Source of the DNA: Callorhinchus milii
Lineage: Eukaryota
DNA length: 64,000 nt
Reading direction: 5' to 3'
NCBI RefSeq assembly: GCF_018977255.1
Contig: NW_024704742.1
Coordinates: forward strand, 119,848,001-119,912,000
Part shown: one piece after another, positions 1 to 11,230 of the stretch
How positions within the stretch are numbered: position 1 is the first letter of the stretch
Layout: every line of letters begins with the position of its first letter
Notes under the pieces: model-generated
The model's input: the letters and a program-made list of their open reading frames with translations, nothing else
The model's database searches: none
What the model was told of the DNA's origin: nothing
Position numbers and translations under genes: made by a program

Positions 1-86
1 AAGCTGTTGTTATGAACTGCTGCAACATACAGAGAACAAATAGCAAGACAGTAATAAGTATCTTTTTTTTGCTACATAAAGAGATT

Positions 87-92
87 TTTATT
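87..92 (-). terminator. candidate distal polyadenylation signal AATAAA
   Basis: Plus-strand tttatt. On the minus strand it is followed by a U/GU-rich tract (tactgtcttgctatttgttctctgtatgttg). Confidence 0.4.
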
Positions 93-252
93 AAACCCTT
101 AAAATTCTTTATAGATTCTGTTCCAACAAGAGGGAAATGGGAAAATAGCCTTCATGGTCAGTGTGGAGTATTTAAAGGGGTTCCTTTAAATAGTATTTAA
201 ATTGAATATTTTAGGGGTAGTCAACTGATTAACATTATGCTGGTACAGGTGC

Positions 253-258
253 TTTATT
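253..258 (-). terminator. candidate proximal polyadenylation signal AATAAA
   Basis: Plus-strand tttatt, about 1.15 kb after the stop codon. No clear downstream GU element. Confidence 0.35.
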
Positions 259-1409
259 GGGACTGAAATTTTAATTGGAAAGCGCAACACCAAATTCACA
301 AAACCAGATTTCTCCATACAAAGTCTAAATATATGTATTGCTCCTCTGCACAGTTGAAATCACTGAATCAACATTAAAAATTTAGTTTCTGGTCTACTAT
401 GGCACTTTTAGCATGATACACATTGATCATTATGTATCACTATTGTTAATTCTATTATTACAGTAAAGATAGAAACATTTTAAGTGTTGGCCAAATGCAC
501 TAAGTAACAGCAAGTGTAATAAAATAACATTTCATACAGTAGGACAGGAAAGGCAGCAGAACCACAATTGTCTATCTTTGTAAAAGCACTAAGAAACCCT
601 TTAATTAGACTTCTTTAAGAATCCAATTCACATTTTATGTATTCAGAACACCCTTATAGTAATATACCATCTCAAACAAACGGGTCTAAAATACCCTTCC
701 CTTCCCAATCCAACTCATAATAAAAATATTCTCCATCATTAAACCAGTTTCACACATTACTTTGGTAACCTAGCTCTGTATTCAATTCTACCACATGCTC
801 CAGCAAGGTCACTTAGTTGTAAAACTCAAACCATTCACTTACACATTCGTCTAAACAACGCTCACATATCCATTTCCCCATTTCACAGCTCCTGTACATC
901 TACCCCAGTGGTTTCAGCATTTGTCAATTATACAAAGGTGATTAAAAATAAAGGCATACATCTATGGAACAGATAGCCCTGCCACCTGTCCATGAGCTAA
1001 AAATCAGTACTATGGCCTTGTACAATTCATTTAGTAATGTATAAGATTATCCAAAAATAAAACCTAGAATCTGTACAGAAAAGCACACAGGTTTTTTGTT
1101 CATATTAGAGTGATTTTGATGTTTACTATATTAACTTTCAACCCCGCAATGTTTGCTTCTAAAACCTATCCCAATTCTCGCATCCACACCCTTACTATTA
1201 CACAGAGTGGTTGTGCCCTTTATACCAAAGCTCTACAATGCATTACTATACAGGCTAAATACATCTGGCAATTTTACCAGTCCATTGTTCCCTCCCCCTC
1301 CGTCCAATAGAAAGTGATATTAGTTGCATTTTTTTGCTATGGAATTGCTTTTTTTTTAAAAAACTGATTAAACTTGTCGATGTCTTCTATTTATCCAAGA
1401 TTTCCAATT

Positions 1410-1517
1410 TTAGGATGCAATTTCTCGCAGGATAATTAAGTCCACTGTATTCTGGAAGGTTTTTAGTAGTGAAACTGCTTTCCCGTGTTCAATATTAATG
1501 AAATTGTACCCATTAGC
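1410..1517 (-). CDS. ERBIN: ERBIN last coding exon, PDZ C-terminus [35 protein letters not shown]
   Basis: ttttacag acceptor; 108 nt, phase 0, ends in TAA. Confidence 0.97.
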   Translation of the reverse strand, partial: ANGYNFINIEHGKAVSLLKTFQNTVDLIILREIAS

Positions 1518-2851
1518 CTGTAAAAGAAGTAGATCCATTAATAGCCAAATGTACATTTAAAACAAGTGCATGTACAGATTCAAGTTACTCAACTCACTTA
1601 ATGCAAAACAATTAACGTGCACGGAAATCCTAATCTATCTCGATTTAGTTTGCAGTCAGTCCTCTAAAGGCAAATCATGCTAAGTTTGTTTGTTGGTTCC
1701 CTTCTAAAAAAAGTAGCTAAGAATACTGTAGCTAACAGTTCAGTTATTTGTTGTGCTGAATTTTTTTTTAATGTGAAAGTGCTTATGACAGCAATGGAAA
1801 CTGATATGAAACGACCCTGAGACAGACTATAAGGAAAATCTGTATAAACAGAGAAAATGTGACAAGTTGAGAATATTTTAGTTCTAACTATGTGTGTAAA
1901 TTCATTTCCCTCATAAAAGGTTGCCTTGGTAATTCTTGCAAGTCAAACCAGTTGCAATATTTAAATCAATTTTTTAAATTACTTTTATTTTATAAAAATG
2001 GATACGGCAGTATCAATTCCACTTTGCTCTTGGACAATAAGAAGGGTCTCTAATACTTAATTTTAAATGCAACTACTATGAATCCTTTTCCATTGTGCTG
2101 AATCTCCGTAGTTTGACAAGCTTAATCAGAAAGGGCCGTTAATTTGGTGGTGAATTGAAAAGAGCTGTTTCTCATCGACTTATAGTTAATGATAATTTAT
2201 ACCAGCCAACAGCCAACGTTTAAATTACTCTGAATAAATTACAGTATTGTGGGTTTGCTTTTAATGTGTTATGGAAAGAATATCATGGTCCTCAAAAGAT
2301 TAACTCAATTAATTTTACACTGGGCAGACTAGCAACACAGTACCATTGCACCGACCAAATCTTTTCTGTCACTTTATTACATAGCGGCAGATATTTTAAT
2401 CCCATATCCTGCCTTTGCTCATATTCATGAATATCCCTAATTACCCAGATGACCAAAAGTTGGCTTTTTATAGCATGGGAACTAGCTGGCACATGAGGAG
2501 CAAACACTGCATTATAATAGGAATCCACTGTATTTGAACAAATTAAACTGGTGTTGTTTAGGGTCTTCAAATACTGTATGTCACTTGCACATTTAATATA
2601 CTGATCAACACAAAGTTTTCATAGAGTTGTGAATGGTGGTTTCACAAATCCAGGGTCTGAGGTGAAAATATTACAGTCATCTCATAGTTTACTGCAAATG
2701 TAAAAATTGGAGTTTTTTTTAAAAAAAATGCAGTGAAAAAGGAATAACTTCAGACGAGAGATGCTTATGAACTTTTAATATGGAGAGAAAATTTAAGGGA
2801 GTAAGCATTCATGTGTTAACAGTCAATCTGAGGCAAATTAAAATAAATTAC

Positions 2852-2926
2852 CTGAATGATTTTATCTCCAGGCTGCAACATTTTTGAAGCTGGTCCTTCT
2901 GGCTGCACTCTGGTCACAAATATTCC
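2852..2926 (-). CDS. ERBIN: ERBIN PDZ exon [25 protein letters not shown]
   Basis: tag|...|gtaatt; 75 nt, phase 0-0. Confidence 0.97.
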
Positions 2927-3470
2927 CTAAAGTAATTGAAATCCATTTAAAATTTCCAAAATAACTGTACAAAACCTTTCAAGTCCAAAGCATACACACA
3001 GATGAAATAAGGTCTTGGGAAGTTAACTCTGACAGAGATTTACAAATGCATGGAAATTCTGATGATCTATGAAAGGGAATCAAAGCAAATCGCAACCAAT
3101 GCTAATTTTATATTTTTCATTCTATGGCGCCGACTGCTGAAAATTCAACACCTCATTTCTAAAACAAAATTAAGAGTTGTTGGGAACACTCAGCAGGTCA
3201 GGTAGCTCATTTCTAATGCTGCCTCTTTTCCTATGGCTCTGTACTTCTGAGGTGGCGAGGTGCTTGCAGTTACATTTTCAGAGTTATCACCAAAGCACCA
3301 ACGTAAGCTGGAAGATCTGTCTGAATATCAAGAATGTATGCAATTATCTAAATTCTAAAAAGTAAAATAAAAGGTTAATCATTTCAAATGAGCTGCTTAA
3401 TAGCTGATTTTTTTGTCTGGTCAGCCAGGTGCCTTACACTTAATAGAGAGTGAGCTAGCACCATGCATGG

Positions 3471-3945
3471 GAGATTTACAAATGCATGGAAATTTCCATC
3501 TGTTTGGACTGGATTGTGCACTCTCTCCCAGAGAGATGCTTAATCCTGGAAAATATCAGACACAGGTTGGCAAGAACCCCAGCTTGGGGCCGCCAGAGTT
3601 TGAGCTGCTTGAGTTTAACCAGAGCTTACCATTGCAAACATAGACTGGCACCCTTCCAACAGCTTGTCCAGCTAGGACCATCCTGCCCATTGTGGTTTGG
3701 GCTTGTACGGTTGACAAGAAGTGGGAAGAATCCTTACCACCAGACATTGGCATGTTTCTAAAAGACCTGCTAATGAGCCAGGCTGACTGGTCCATCATTA
3801 ACAGACTTGTCTGGCTCAGGAACTGACCACTGGGACCACCACAGAGGATCGGCTCAATTCTGATATTCCATTATCAGGCATGTTATTTTAGAGCCAACTC
3901 ACCCCCAAACAGAGCCCACATGCCCCTGCCCTCTCCCCCTCAGGA
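3471..3945 (+). repeat. unclassified dispersed repeat, copy A
   Basis: Aligns by eye to the reverse complement of 9045-9580. Shared blocks include gcactctctcc, caggttgg.aaga, gcttgtccagcta and ctggctcaggaactg. Confidence 0.75.
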
Positions 3946-3995
3946 TGAACCAAAATATTCATAACGGAAGTGTAAAAAAAACCTAAAATACTCAC

Positions 3996-4088
3996 TGTAT
4001 CATCAGGTCTGAAGGGGTTTCCTCTACCTCCAATACCTCCAGATATACTGAAACCCAACTCTGGGTTCTTATCTATTCTAATGCGGAT
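3996..4088 (-). CDS. ERBIN: ERBIN first PDZ exon IRIRIDKNPELGFSISGGIGGRGNPFRPDDT
   Basis: cag|...|gtgagt; 93 nt, phase 0-0; carries the GLGF-like loop ELGF. Confidence 0.97.
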
Positions 4089-4687
4089 CTGGTTTGAGAA
4101 ACAATAAAATGTTAAGAAAACTATCAAACTGGCAAATTAATTTGGTACTTAATTTGGTGTACATCTTGCACTTATATTAAAGAGTGTGTAAGAGAGAGAG
4201 AGAAAATGCATTAAAATACTTTTAATTTTACATCGGGGAATCAATTTTTACAATCAACCCAATTATAGCAATGGAAGACTACATTTCTCTAGATAGTATG
4301 GGCCCCAGTGAAGTGCTTCTTGCCAGTTTGAATTCTGTTTTCAATGGGCATAGCAAACACAGAAATGGAACACAATTTACACAAGTATTTTGAAGTAAAT
4401 TACATTTAGATGGTATAATATAGTCTAGTGCTGCAAGACAGAAATAGTTTACAATAATTGCCAATAAGAACACATGAAAAACTGCACCACTTTAATAAAA
4501 TTGGAAATATGACAGGAAAGGGAACATGCACACCTTGGAAATCTTTGAAACAATGGAAATTTATGTTGAAAAAAATTGGTGATTAATACCAACACATTGG
4601 CTCAATGAATCACACTCAATCAAGATATCAGGTACAGTTTCAATCCTCATTTATGCAAGGGTGGCAGAGATTCAAATCTCAGATACT

Positions 4688-4980
4688 GAGATTTTTATAA
4701 ATACATGATTTCCTTTTACGCCAGAGGGATGCACTCTGTTTATGTACTCCCAGAGAATTTAGTTCAAGGTTGGCAAGAGGCACGATTTGGGAACCCCAGA
4801 GCAGTCATTAGGGTCCTGCTGGAGTTTAACCAGCTAAAACTGTCTATGATTGAACAGCACTGGCAAGGATCCTGCTGATTGCTGAGCTAGGACCAGCAGA
4901 CTTATTAGGAAGTGGCTTGTTCTTTGGCTTGCTGGGATTTCAGAAAGCTGGTAGACTAATCCCAGTGATTGGCATTTTGG
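4688..4980 (+). repeat. unclassified dispersed repeat, copy B (partial)
   Basis: aggttggcaagagg...gggaaccccagag...tgctggagtttaaccagctaaaactg matches copies A and C. Confidence 0.75.
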
Positions 4981-5006
4981 AGGATAACTCAACTATTAGT
5001 TCTTAC

Positions 5007-5231
5007 CTCCTGCTGTACGATATCATGGGCTTGTCTCATAGAATAGTTTGAAGGCGCACTTTGTGTTTGAGAGTATGGAGGTTGGTGGGAAACTTTTAGC
5101 ATTAGGTAGTCAATCAGTTGCTCCCTGGAAGGATGTCTCACAACATTTGCTTGGGGATGAGTATGGTGTGGTTGATTGTAATTCATTGGAGCTCTTGAAG
5201 ACTGGTACATCTGCCCATTTGTTAAAGACAC
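5007..5231 (-). CDS. ERBIN: ERBIN exon VSLTNGQMYQ...HPSREQLIDYLMLKV...IVQQE
   Basis: cag|...|gtaaga; 225 nt, phase 0-0; contains the conserved Erbin motif RHPSREQLIDYLMLKV. Confidence 0.95.
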
Positions 5232-6180
5232 CTGGATATCACAGCAAAACAAAAAGTTAACCAACACTGTCATCGAAAATTGGTTTTAAATGTGCAGTCA
5301 TACGCAAGTGATTCACGTACTGTCAAATCTATACAAGTTAGAATGCAATAAGAAAAATTTCAGTCGATCCAATTTGTTCTATCACCCAGGATTCGATTAG
5401 AGCAAGTCGTTTTTTTTACTCAAATACCTCAAATCTCAATCATTGTAATGTTTTGACAAATCAGAAAATCATCCAATTCCCTTTTGAAGTCTTTGAACAA
5501 GTCAGTGTTTATCCGCAGCCGGATTGGACCAAACAACTTGAAACAATGAAACACATGCTAAATTAACATATTTTTCCAATTTCAGACATCATCAACCCAA
5601 AGAGCCTGTTGAAATGCAGATGACATAACTTGTCATGAGAAAATGTAAAAAAGCAACTCAGTAATGCATCTCAGTCTGACCCGTGGGAAAATGCCTGTGT
5701 TCTCCTCAGCAAGTCTCTGCGGTGATGGCAGTTGAACTCTGGGGTTTGGCATTGTGGTAATAATAAAGCCGTCTGAACTTTCCATTGTGTTATGCAAATC
5801 TTTGCACCAAGGTTAACAAAACCCTGAATGTACTTTACAGCAGACTATTGTACCTCAAGTTAGAGTTTGCTCTTTTACAATTCCTAGCTGTGGTATATCC
5901 ACAACAGAAAATCCATGACAGAGGAGCATCACATTAAAGAGAATTAATTACTAATGCTGGATTTGAGCTTGCACGGCTGAGAAATGTAAACCACACTTTC
6001 ACAGTTTCTTTCCTAATCCTAACTTGTTCAGTTTTAACCTGGTGTATGAAATCTTTATAATATTGAACTATAACAGTGCAGATTTTGCAAGTCAAAATGT
6101 ACATCTTCCTTAATCTTTTCACACAAATGTGAAATGAACCCAATATCTAAGAAAGCTCTTTCAATATTTGCTGAGGTAAA

Positions 6181-6385
6181 ATAATAATAATAATCCTTGT
6201 GTTTGATATAATGCCTTATCACGTCATTGAGACGTCCCAAAGCGCTTCACAGAATACACTGTAAATTGGATTGACTATTTTGGCGGCGAAACGCGCCAGC
6301 CCAATTGCATACAGCAGTGTCCTACAAAGAGTCGTGGATTGAGTGACCAATTCTTTTTAAAAGGGATTATTACTCCCAGAAAGCA
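6181..6385 (-). mobile_element. tRNA-derived SINE, 3' part
   Basis: Family tail (aagcgcttcacagaata..., gcagtgtcc) with a (taa)n end. Confidence 0.8.
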
Positions 6386-6429
6386 ATTGGCTTCAATCAC
6401 TTGAAGCTAAGGAGAGAGAAATCATTTGC

Positions 6430-6900
6430 AACGATTTATTCTCGGTCTCCCTGGCTCCACCATCCATAAACTCAAACTTATCCAATACTCAAGTCGTCTG
6501 CCAAACTCTGCATGCCTATCCCCATGTTCCTCACCAGGTTCTATGATATCTTTACCTCCCAACAGATTGATTTCAAGATCCTCACATATAAATTCCTGCA
6601 TACAAAAGTACTCCCCCATCTCTCTGATCTTCTCCTACCCCATTCCTCTGATTGGTCCTTCTCCTCAACTGAGCAATCCCTGCCCTTTCTATACCGCCAT
6701 CAGTGGCTGAGCCCCTAACATCTAGAATTCCCTCCACCTACCCTTCCATTCAAGCCCTTTCTTTATCTGTCTTTATCTCGTCTTAGAAACGTACACGTCT
6801 TCGAACTTGCCTATTGTTATCTCCCTCTCTCTACGCACCACCCTCGCCCCCAGCTGTCCAGGCTTTGTAAACTGCTTCAAGGAGCTATTGTATGCGAGGA
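6430..6900 (+). mobile_element. degenerate L2 LINE 3' fragment
   Basis: Decayed similarity to 48310-48860 (ctcggtctccc...ccataaactc...ttcaagatcctc). Confidence 0.6.
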
Positions 6901-7180
6901 TCACTACATAAATGCAAATTGTGGTTGTTATACTAATTAAATGCAAAAATATTGCCTTAATTTGCAATGGTACATCCTGAATTATTGTTTGCAAAAATAA
7001 CTATATGGAGCACAACTGCATGATGGATTAAATAAACCCCAGCAACTAATGGTGGATTAAATAAACCCTGAAATAAATGAAACAGATAAATATTTTCAAA
7101 TTCATATTCTCAGGGCAACAATTTTCCATTGAAATGTTCCATAAAACACTGTTTAAATGATCATTTTGTAGCACACATAC

Positions 7181-7303
7181 TTTTCTCATGCCATCTAGAG
7201 AAATGTCCTTGAGATTTAGCGTGCCAGATGAGTAATTCTGCTGTCCAGTACCAAATACATCATCTTGACTGGGATCCCCAATGCTGTTGGCTTGTGATGG
7301 ATA
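7181..7303 (-). CDS. ERBIN: ERBIN cassette exon YPSQANSIGDPSQDDVFGTGQQNYSSGTLNLKDISLDGMRK (absent from ORF track)
   Basis: tag|...|gtatgt; 123 nt, phase 0-0. Resembles the mammalian segment GDPCQD...GQQNYSSATL (recalled). Confidence 0.9.
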
Positions 7304-8779
7304 CTATAATTGAAATATGAAACAGCTCGTTAATTTTTGGAGCAAAATAGCAGAAGTCTGTTATAACAAGAAGCTGTCAAAATAGGCTGTAAGGCTTTTC
7401 ATTTGAAAGAACACTTTACAATCTACAGGCAAAAATAAAGATCCAATGCAGCTCACCTAGTTATAAATTGAGAAAATAATACTTAATTTCATCAAAATTG
7501 CATTTGAAATTTCTTGTTCCCACAGATGAAACAGATGGAAAATGAAGTACATGTGGTACAGGGTGGGTCAGAGAGAGAAACTAAGACGACAACTGGAATA
7601 ACACAGTAATGAGAGTTGCAATGACCTTCATTTCAGATACAAATAGAGAATGGTCTTGTCAATTTGGAAAAAGTTAAGGCACAACAATTTTAAAATGGCA
7701 CACATTTTGGTTCCTTACTTAACGACTACAGAATTTACGAAGAAAACCATTTCCAATGAAACATGAGCAAAGCTGATGCAACAAAGAAGCTCCATTGAAC
7801 ATCATTAGGTAAAGAGGAACTGATCTTACTAAAATGCAGAAATGTATCTCAACCAAAAATCTTTAATTTGAATCACTTCATTCAATTGATACTGCTTACA
7901 AAATATGTTTGCAATAAGGTAGATACAGAGGCAGAAATGTATATTTAATCTGTACATGAAAGGCAATATGGAGTTTGTACACAATATTTCAATATTAGTG
8001 ACGCAGATTGCTTGGAGCTTTCAAACAAGCCTTACAATTAAATTAGGTAAAATTATACAACTGTAACCATAAAATGACCCAATTAAAGCACGCTGCAAGA
8101 TAGTCTAGAGAATAATGAATATTAGGAAGGAAACTCAGTAAAAAAAATGAGATTTCATTTTCAGAAAGTAATTGAAACTAAGCATTCAGATATTTGGGTA
8201 TGTACCAATGCAATAATTATCTCTGCATTTGATATTGTGCCTATAATATCTCATAAATGTTTTACATGTAATTGCTATGAAGTGCAGTGACCATATAAGT
8301 GTAAGAATTCTTAGCAACCAATTTGCATACAAGCAATGTCCTACAAATATCCATGACATGAATGATATTGGCATGAAATCTGTAATGTTCATATGGATCG
8401 GCAGACGAGATCTCTGTTTAACCTCCCAACTCCCAACAATGCACTGGAATGTCAGTCTAGAGCTGTGAGTTTAAAGTCCCGATGTGGAGCTTGAACCCAC
8501 AACCTTTTGACCCAGAGAAGAGAGTGCTATCAACTGAGCTAAGCACAGGCATAGAACCTATAGATGCACATTTCACATAAACAAAATAAACAAAACAACA
8601 TTTTGCCCCTCTTTGTGGAAGGTGCTGGCCTATGTATAGTTACATGGATACTGGTACCTCTCTGGAGCATTGTCCAAAAAAACATTCTTCATACGCATAC
8701 CTGGACAGCAAGTACTCGCAGGTACTTTGACCTTGGAGGGGATCACAGCTGAGACTGAATCTGTTCGGGTACGCACATT

Positions 8780-8990
8780 TTTAAACATGAATCACTGAAT
8801 TGTGATCAGGACTGGGAACCCTGATTTTTTTCTCCTTCACTGGCCTGAGGTCAGAGGCCAATTGTAGTCCTGGTATCCTGGCTGAAATTAGCTAACTCAT
8901 CACAAACTGGGAGTTCATTGTCAGATCTTACCAATCTATGAAGCTCAGTTTCAGACTGTGCAGTGTTTTTACCAACTGCACCATCAGTGA
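8780..8990 (-). mobile_element. old tRNA-derived SINE-like family (related copies about 31420-31695 minus, 60620-60845 plus)
   Basis: Shared decayed blocks (ggtaaa.gca; gagtt.gct.at.tcagccagg; ggtt.c...ctgat). Family not assigned. Confidence 0.5.
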
Positions 8991-9044
8991 TCTTCATGAG
9001 CCAATGTTTAGTAGTCAGATCTGATCAATAGTTAACCATAAAAA

Positions 9045-9580
9045 TCCTCCGGGGGAAGGGGGTATAAGCGGGGTCTCCTTGGAGCTGAACTGGCTTCAAT
9101 GTGACATGTTTGGCAACAGAATGTCAGTATCAAGCCAGCCCTCTGAGACGGTGTTGTAGTCCAGTTCCTGAGCCAGGCGGGCCCATACTATTCCAGGGCA
9201 CTGCTGATGACAGAACAGCTATCCTGGTTCATCGGCAGGACTTGGAAGTGCAGACCAGTCACTTGGGGCAGGGAAACATCCCACTCAGTTCATGTTAACC
9301 CTGCAAGCCAAAGCTGTAGGGTGATTGTAGCTGGACAAGCAGCGGGAAAGCTTGCAGACAGTGATATCAATGGCGGTTATGCAGTTTTAGCTGGTTAGAC
9401 TCCAGCATACCCCAACACACTCTGGGGTCCCCAAGCCTTGGCTCTTACCAACCTGCGCCTAATACTTTCCAGAATTAGGCAAGTTGGATGCGTCCCTCCA
9501 CTGGAGAGAGTGCGCATTCCATTCCAACAATCTATCTCTGGAATTTACAAGTGTAGGTGGGATGCATGGAAATCTCAGCT
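9045..9580 (-). repeat. unclassified dispersed repeat, copy C (inverted relative to A and B)
   Basis: 9382-9407 is the reverse complement of 4817-4842 at 25 of 26 positions. Further collinear blocks match copy A. Confidence 0.75.
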
Positions 9581-9686
9581 TAGTTTGGGTACTCTTAAGC
9601 GTAGTGATGAATTTCTAAATGTATTAGATATCCTGCTGACCAAATAAATTCACACACATTCATAGTAGCCCGATGTTGGTACTCAC

Positions 9687-9830
9687 GCGAAGCATGTGCA
9701 CTCCAGAATTCCTTCCGTCTGCAACACTCAAGGCAACGTTGCCCTGGCTGTTATGCAGTTCCCTACAGCTTCCAGAGTGTATGCTGCTAAAAGCAGCATT
9801 ACTGAAATTATACGATCTAGACAGCATGCT
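9687..9830 (-). CDS. ERBIN: ERBIN cassette exon SMLSRSYNFSNAAFSSIHSGSCRELHNSQGNVALSVADGRNSGVHMLR (absent from ORF track)
   Basis: ttattcag|...|gtgagt; 144 nt, phase 0-0; branch point-like CACTAAT about 45 nt upstream. Resembles the mammalian alternative segment SMLSRSFNSN...SQGSLALSVAD (recalled). Confidence 0.88.
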
Positions 9831-10910
9831 CTGAATAAAGAGGGACGAGAAAATTCCACAGCTTTAACATAGAGATTAGTGAAGCATGCATTAATACCGG
9901 CCATATTGCAACAGAGACCATGCCTTTTTCCTCTCGGGAATCAGAAATCATGCAAACATAAATAGCATGCAAACAGGAAACAAAATACACACAAACATTG
10001 CAACCATACAAGGGTCAGACGGTTAATTTGAAAAAGCACGAATGTTGGGGCGGGGGAGAAAGGAACAACCATATGAAAAAGATTATCTAACTTCCAACAT
10101 AAAATGCTTCCTGCTTTTTGTTTTAAAATTGGTAGGACATCTTGGGTCATTATATTGATGCCACATTTACTGAACCAATCAAGAAAAAGTCTGACTCCTC
10201 CTAGTGGTGGTTACACAGCAATATTCATAAAGGGCTGGAACCGAGTTCCAAAACCAATGTCTCAACTGCTCCCTGAAGAATGGAAGGAAACACACACTCC
10301 TAAGTGTGGTGGAGAGCAATATTTTTAAAAGAAAAACACTGCAAACTACATTTTATCAACAGGGAAAGCAGGCACACGGCAATAACATAGATTTGATAGA
10401 GGTTTGAGGTATTCCAGCAATAAAGCATAGGCGTTATTTGAAGTTCAAGTGTAGGCATCATAGGGTTTTATTAACATCCGCTGAAGGTGTTTGACATTAA
10501 GCATTTGTCAGTAAACATGCAAAGGGCTGAAAAAGGCTCCCGACAGCTAAGAGTTTAAATTCCAAATGCCACCTTTTACTGAAATCGAACACCTTTTCTG
10601 ACAAAAACTGAAAGCTGTTTAACAAGGAGTTATACTGAAAGAAAGTTTACATGCAAAGATGTTAACAAGGGATTTTATCCTGCAAAGTTCAGAGCATGAG
10701 TTTTGTGTTTTAACACTCCCCATTTCCCTCTGTGAATTATAGAATGTTGCTTCTGCAATTACAATAATTGTTCTCAAAAAACATTTACTGATATTTTAAT
10801 TTTACTTCACAGAAAAGTAACTGAATTAAGAATTCTATAAAATAACTACCTGTACGAGATTTACATTTTTTTAAAAAAGGAAACCAAAGTCTATTGAGTA
10901 CTAATTAAAT

Positions 10911-11230
10911 ATTAATAATAATAGTACTTGCATTTGATATAGTTCCTTATCATGCTGTTGAGACATCTCAAAGTACTTCACAAAATATATTGTAAAGTGG
11001 ATTGACTGCATTTTGTGGGCGAAATGCGGCAGCCAATTGCGCACAGCAGTGTCCCACAAGCAATCGTGGAATGAGTGCCCAAATTTATTTATTTATTGAG
11101 GGATTATTACCCCCAGAAATTGATCTATCAATTGACTAATAACCATGTTCTTCTTACTGCTAGGTTGGAGTAAGGAAACTTGCCTAAGGTTTCGTCCTGC
11201 CCAGGAATTACCCGGGTTCTCTTGCTTGTG
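10911..11230 (-). mobile_element. tRNA-derived SINE, long subfamily
   Basis: Shared tail, central segment (cttactgctagg) and gtaaggaaacttgcc block. Confidence 0.8.

Larger units (their letters stand above)
1..1409 (-). other. ERBIN: ERBIN 3' UTR (end uncertain)
   Basis: AT-rich sequence with no recognisable repeats, downstream of the TAA at 1410-1412. Minus-strand AATAAA at 253-258 and 87-92. Confidence 0.75.

Noticed and set aside
5680..5830. Possible extra cassette exon ending in CGG|gtcaga
   Set aside because: I found no acceptor that gives a phase 0-0 open exon. The frame that fits the donor has an upstream stop and no in-phase AG.
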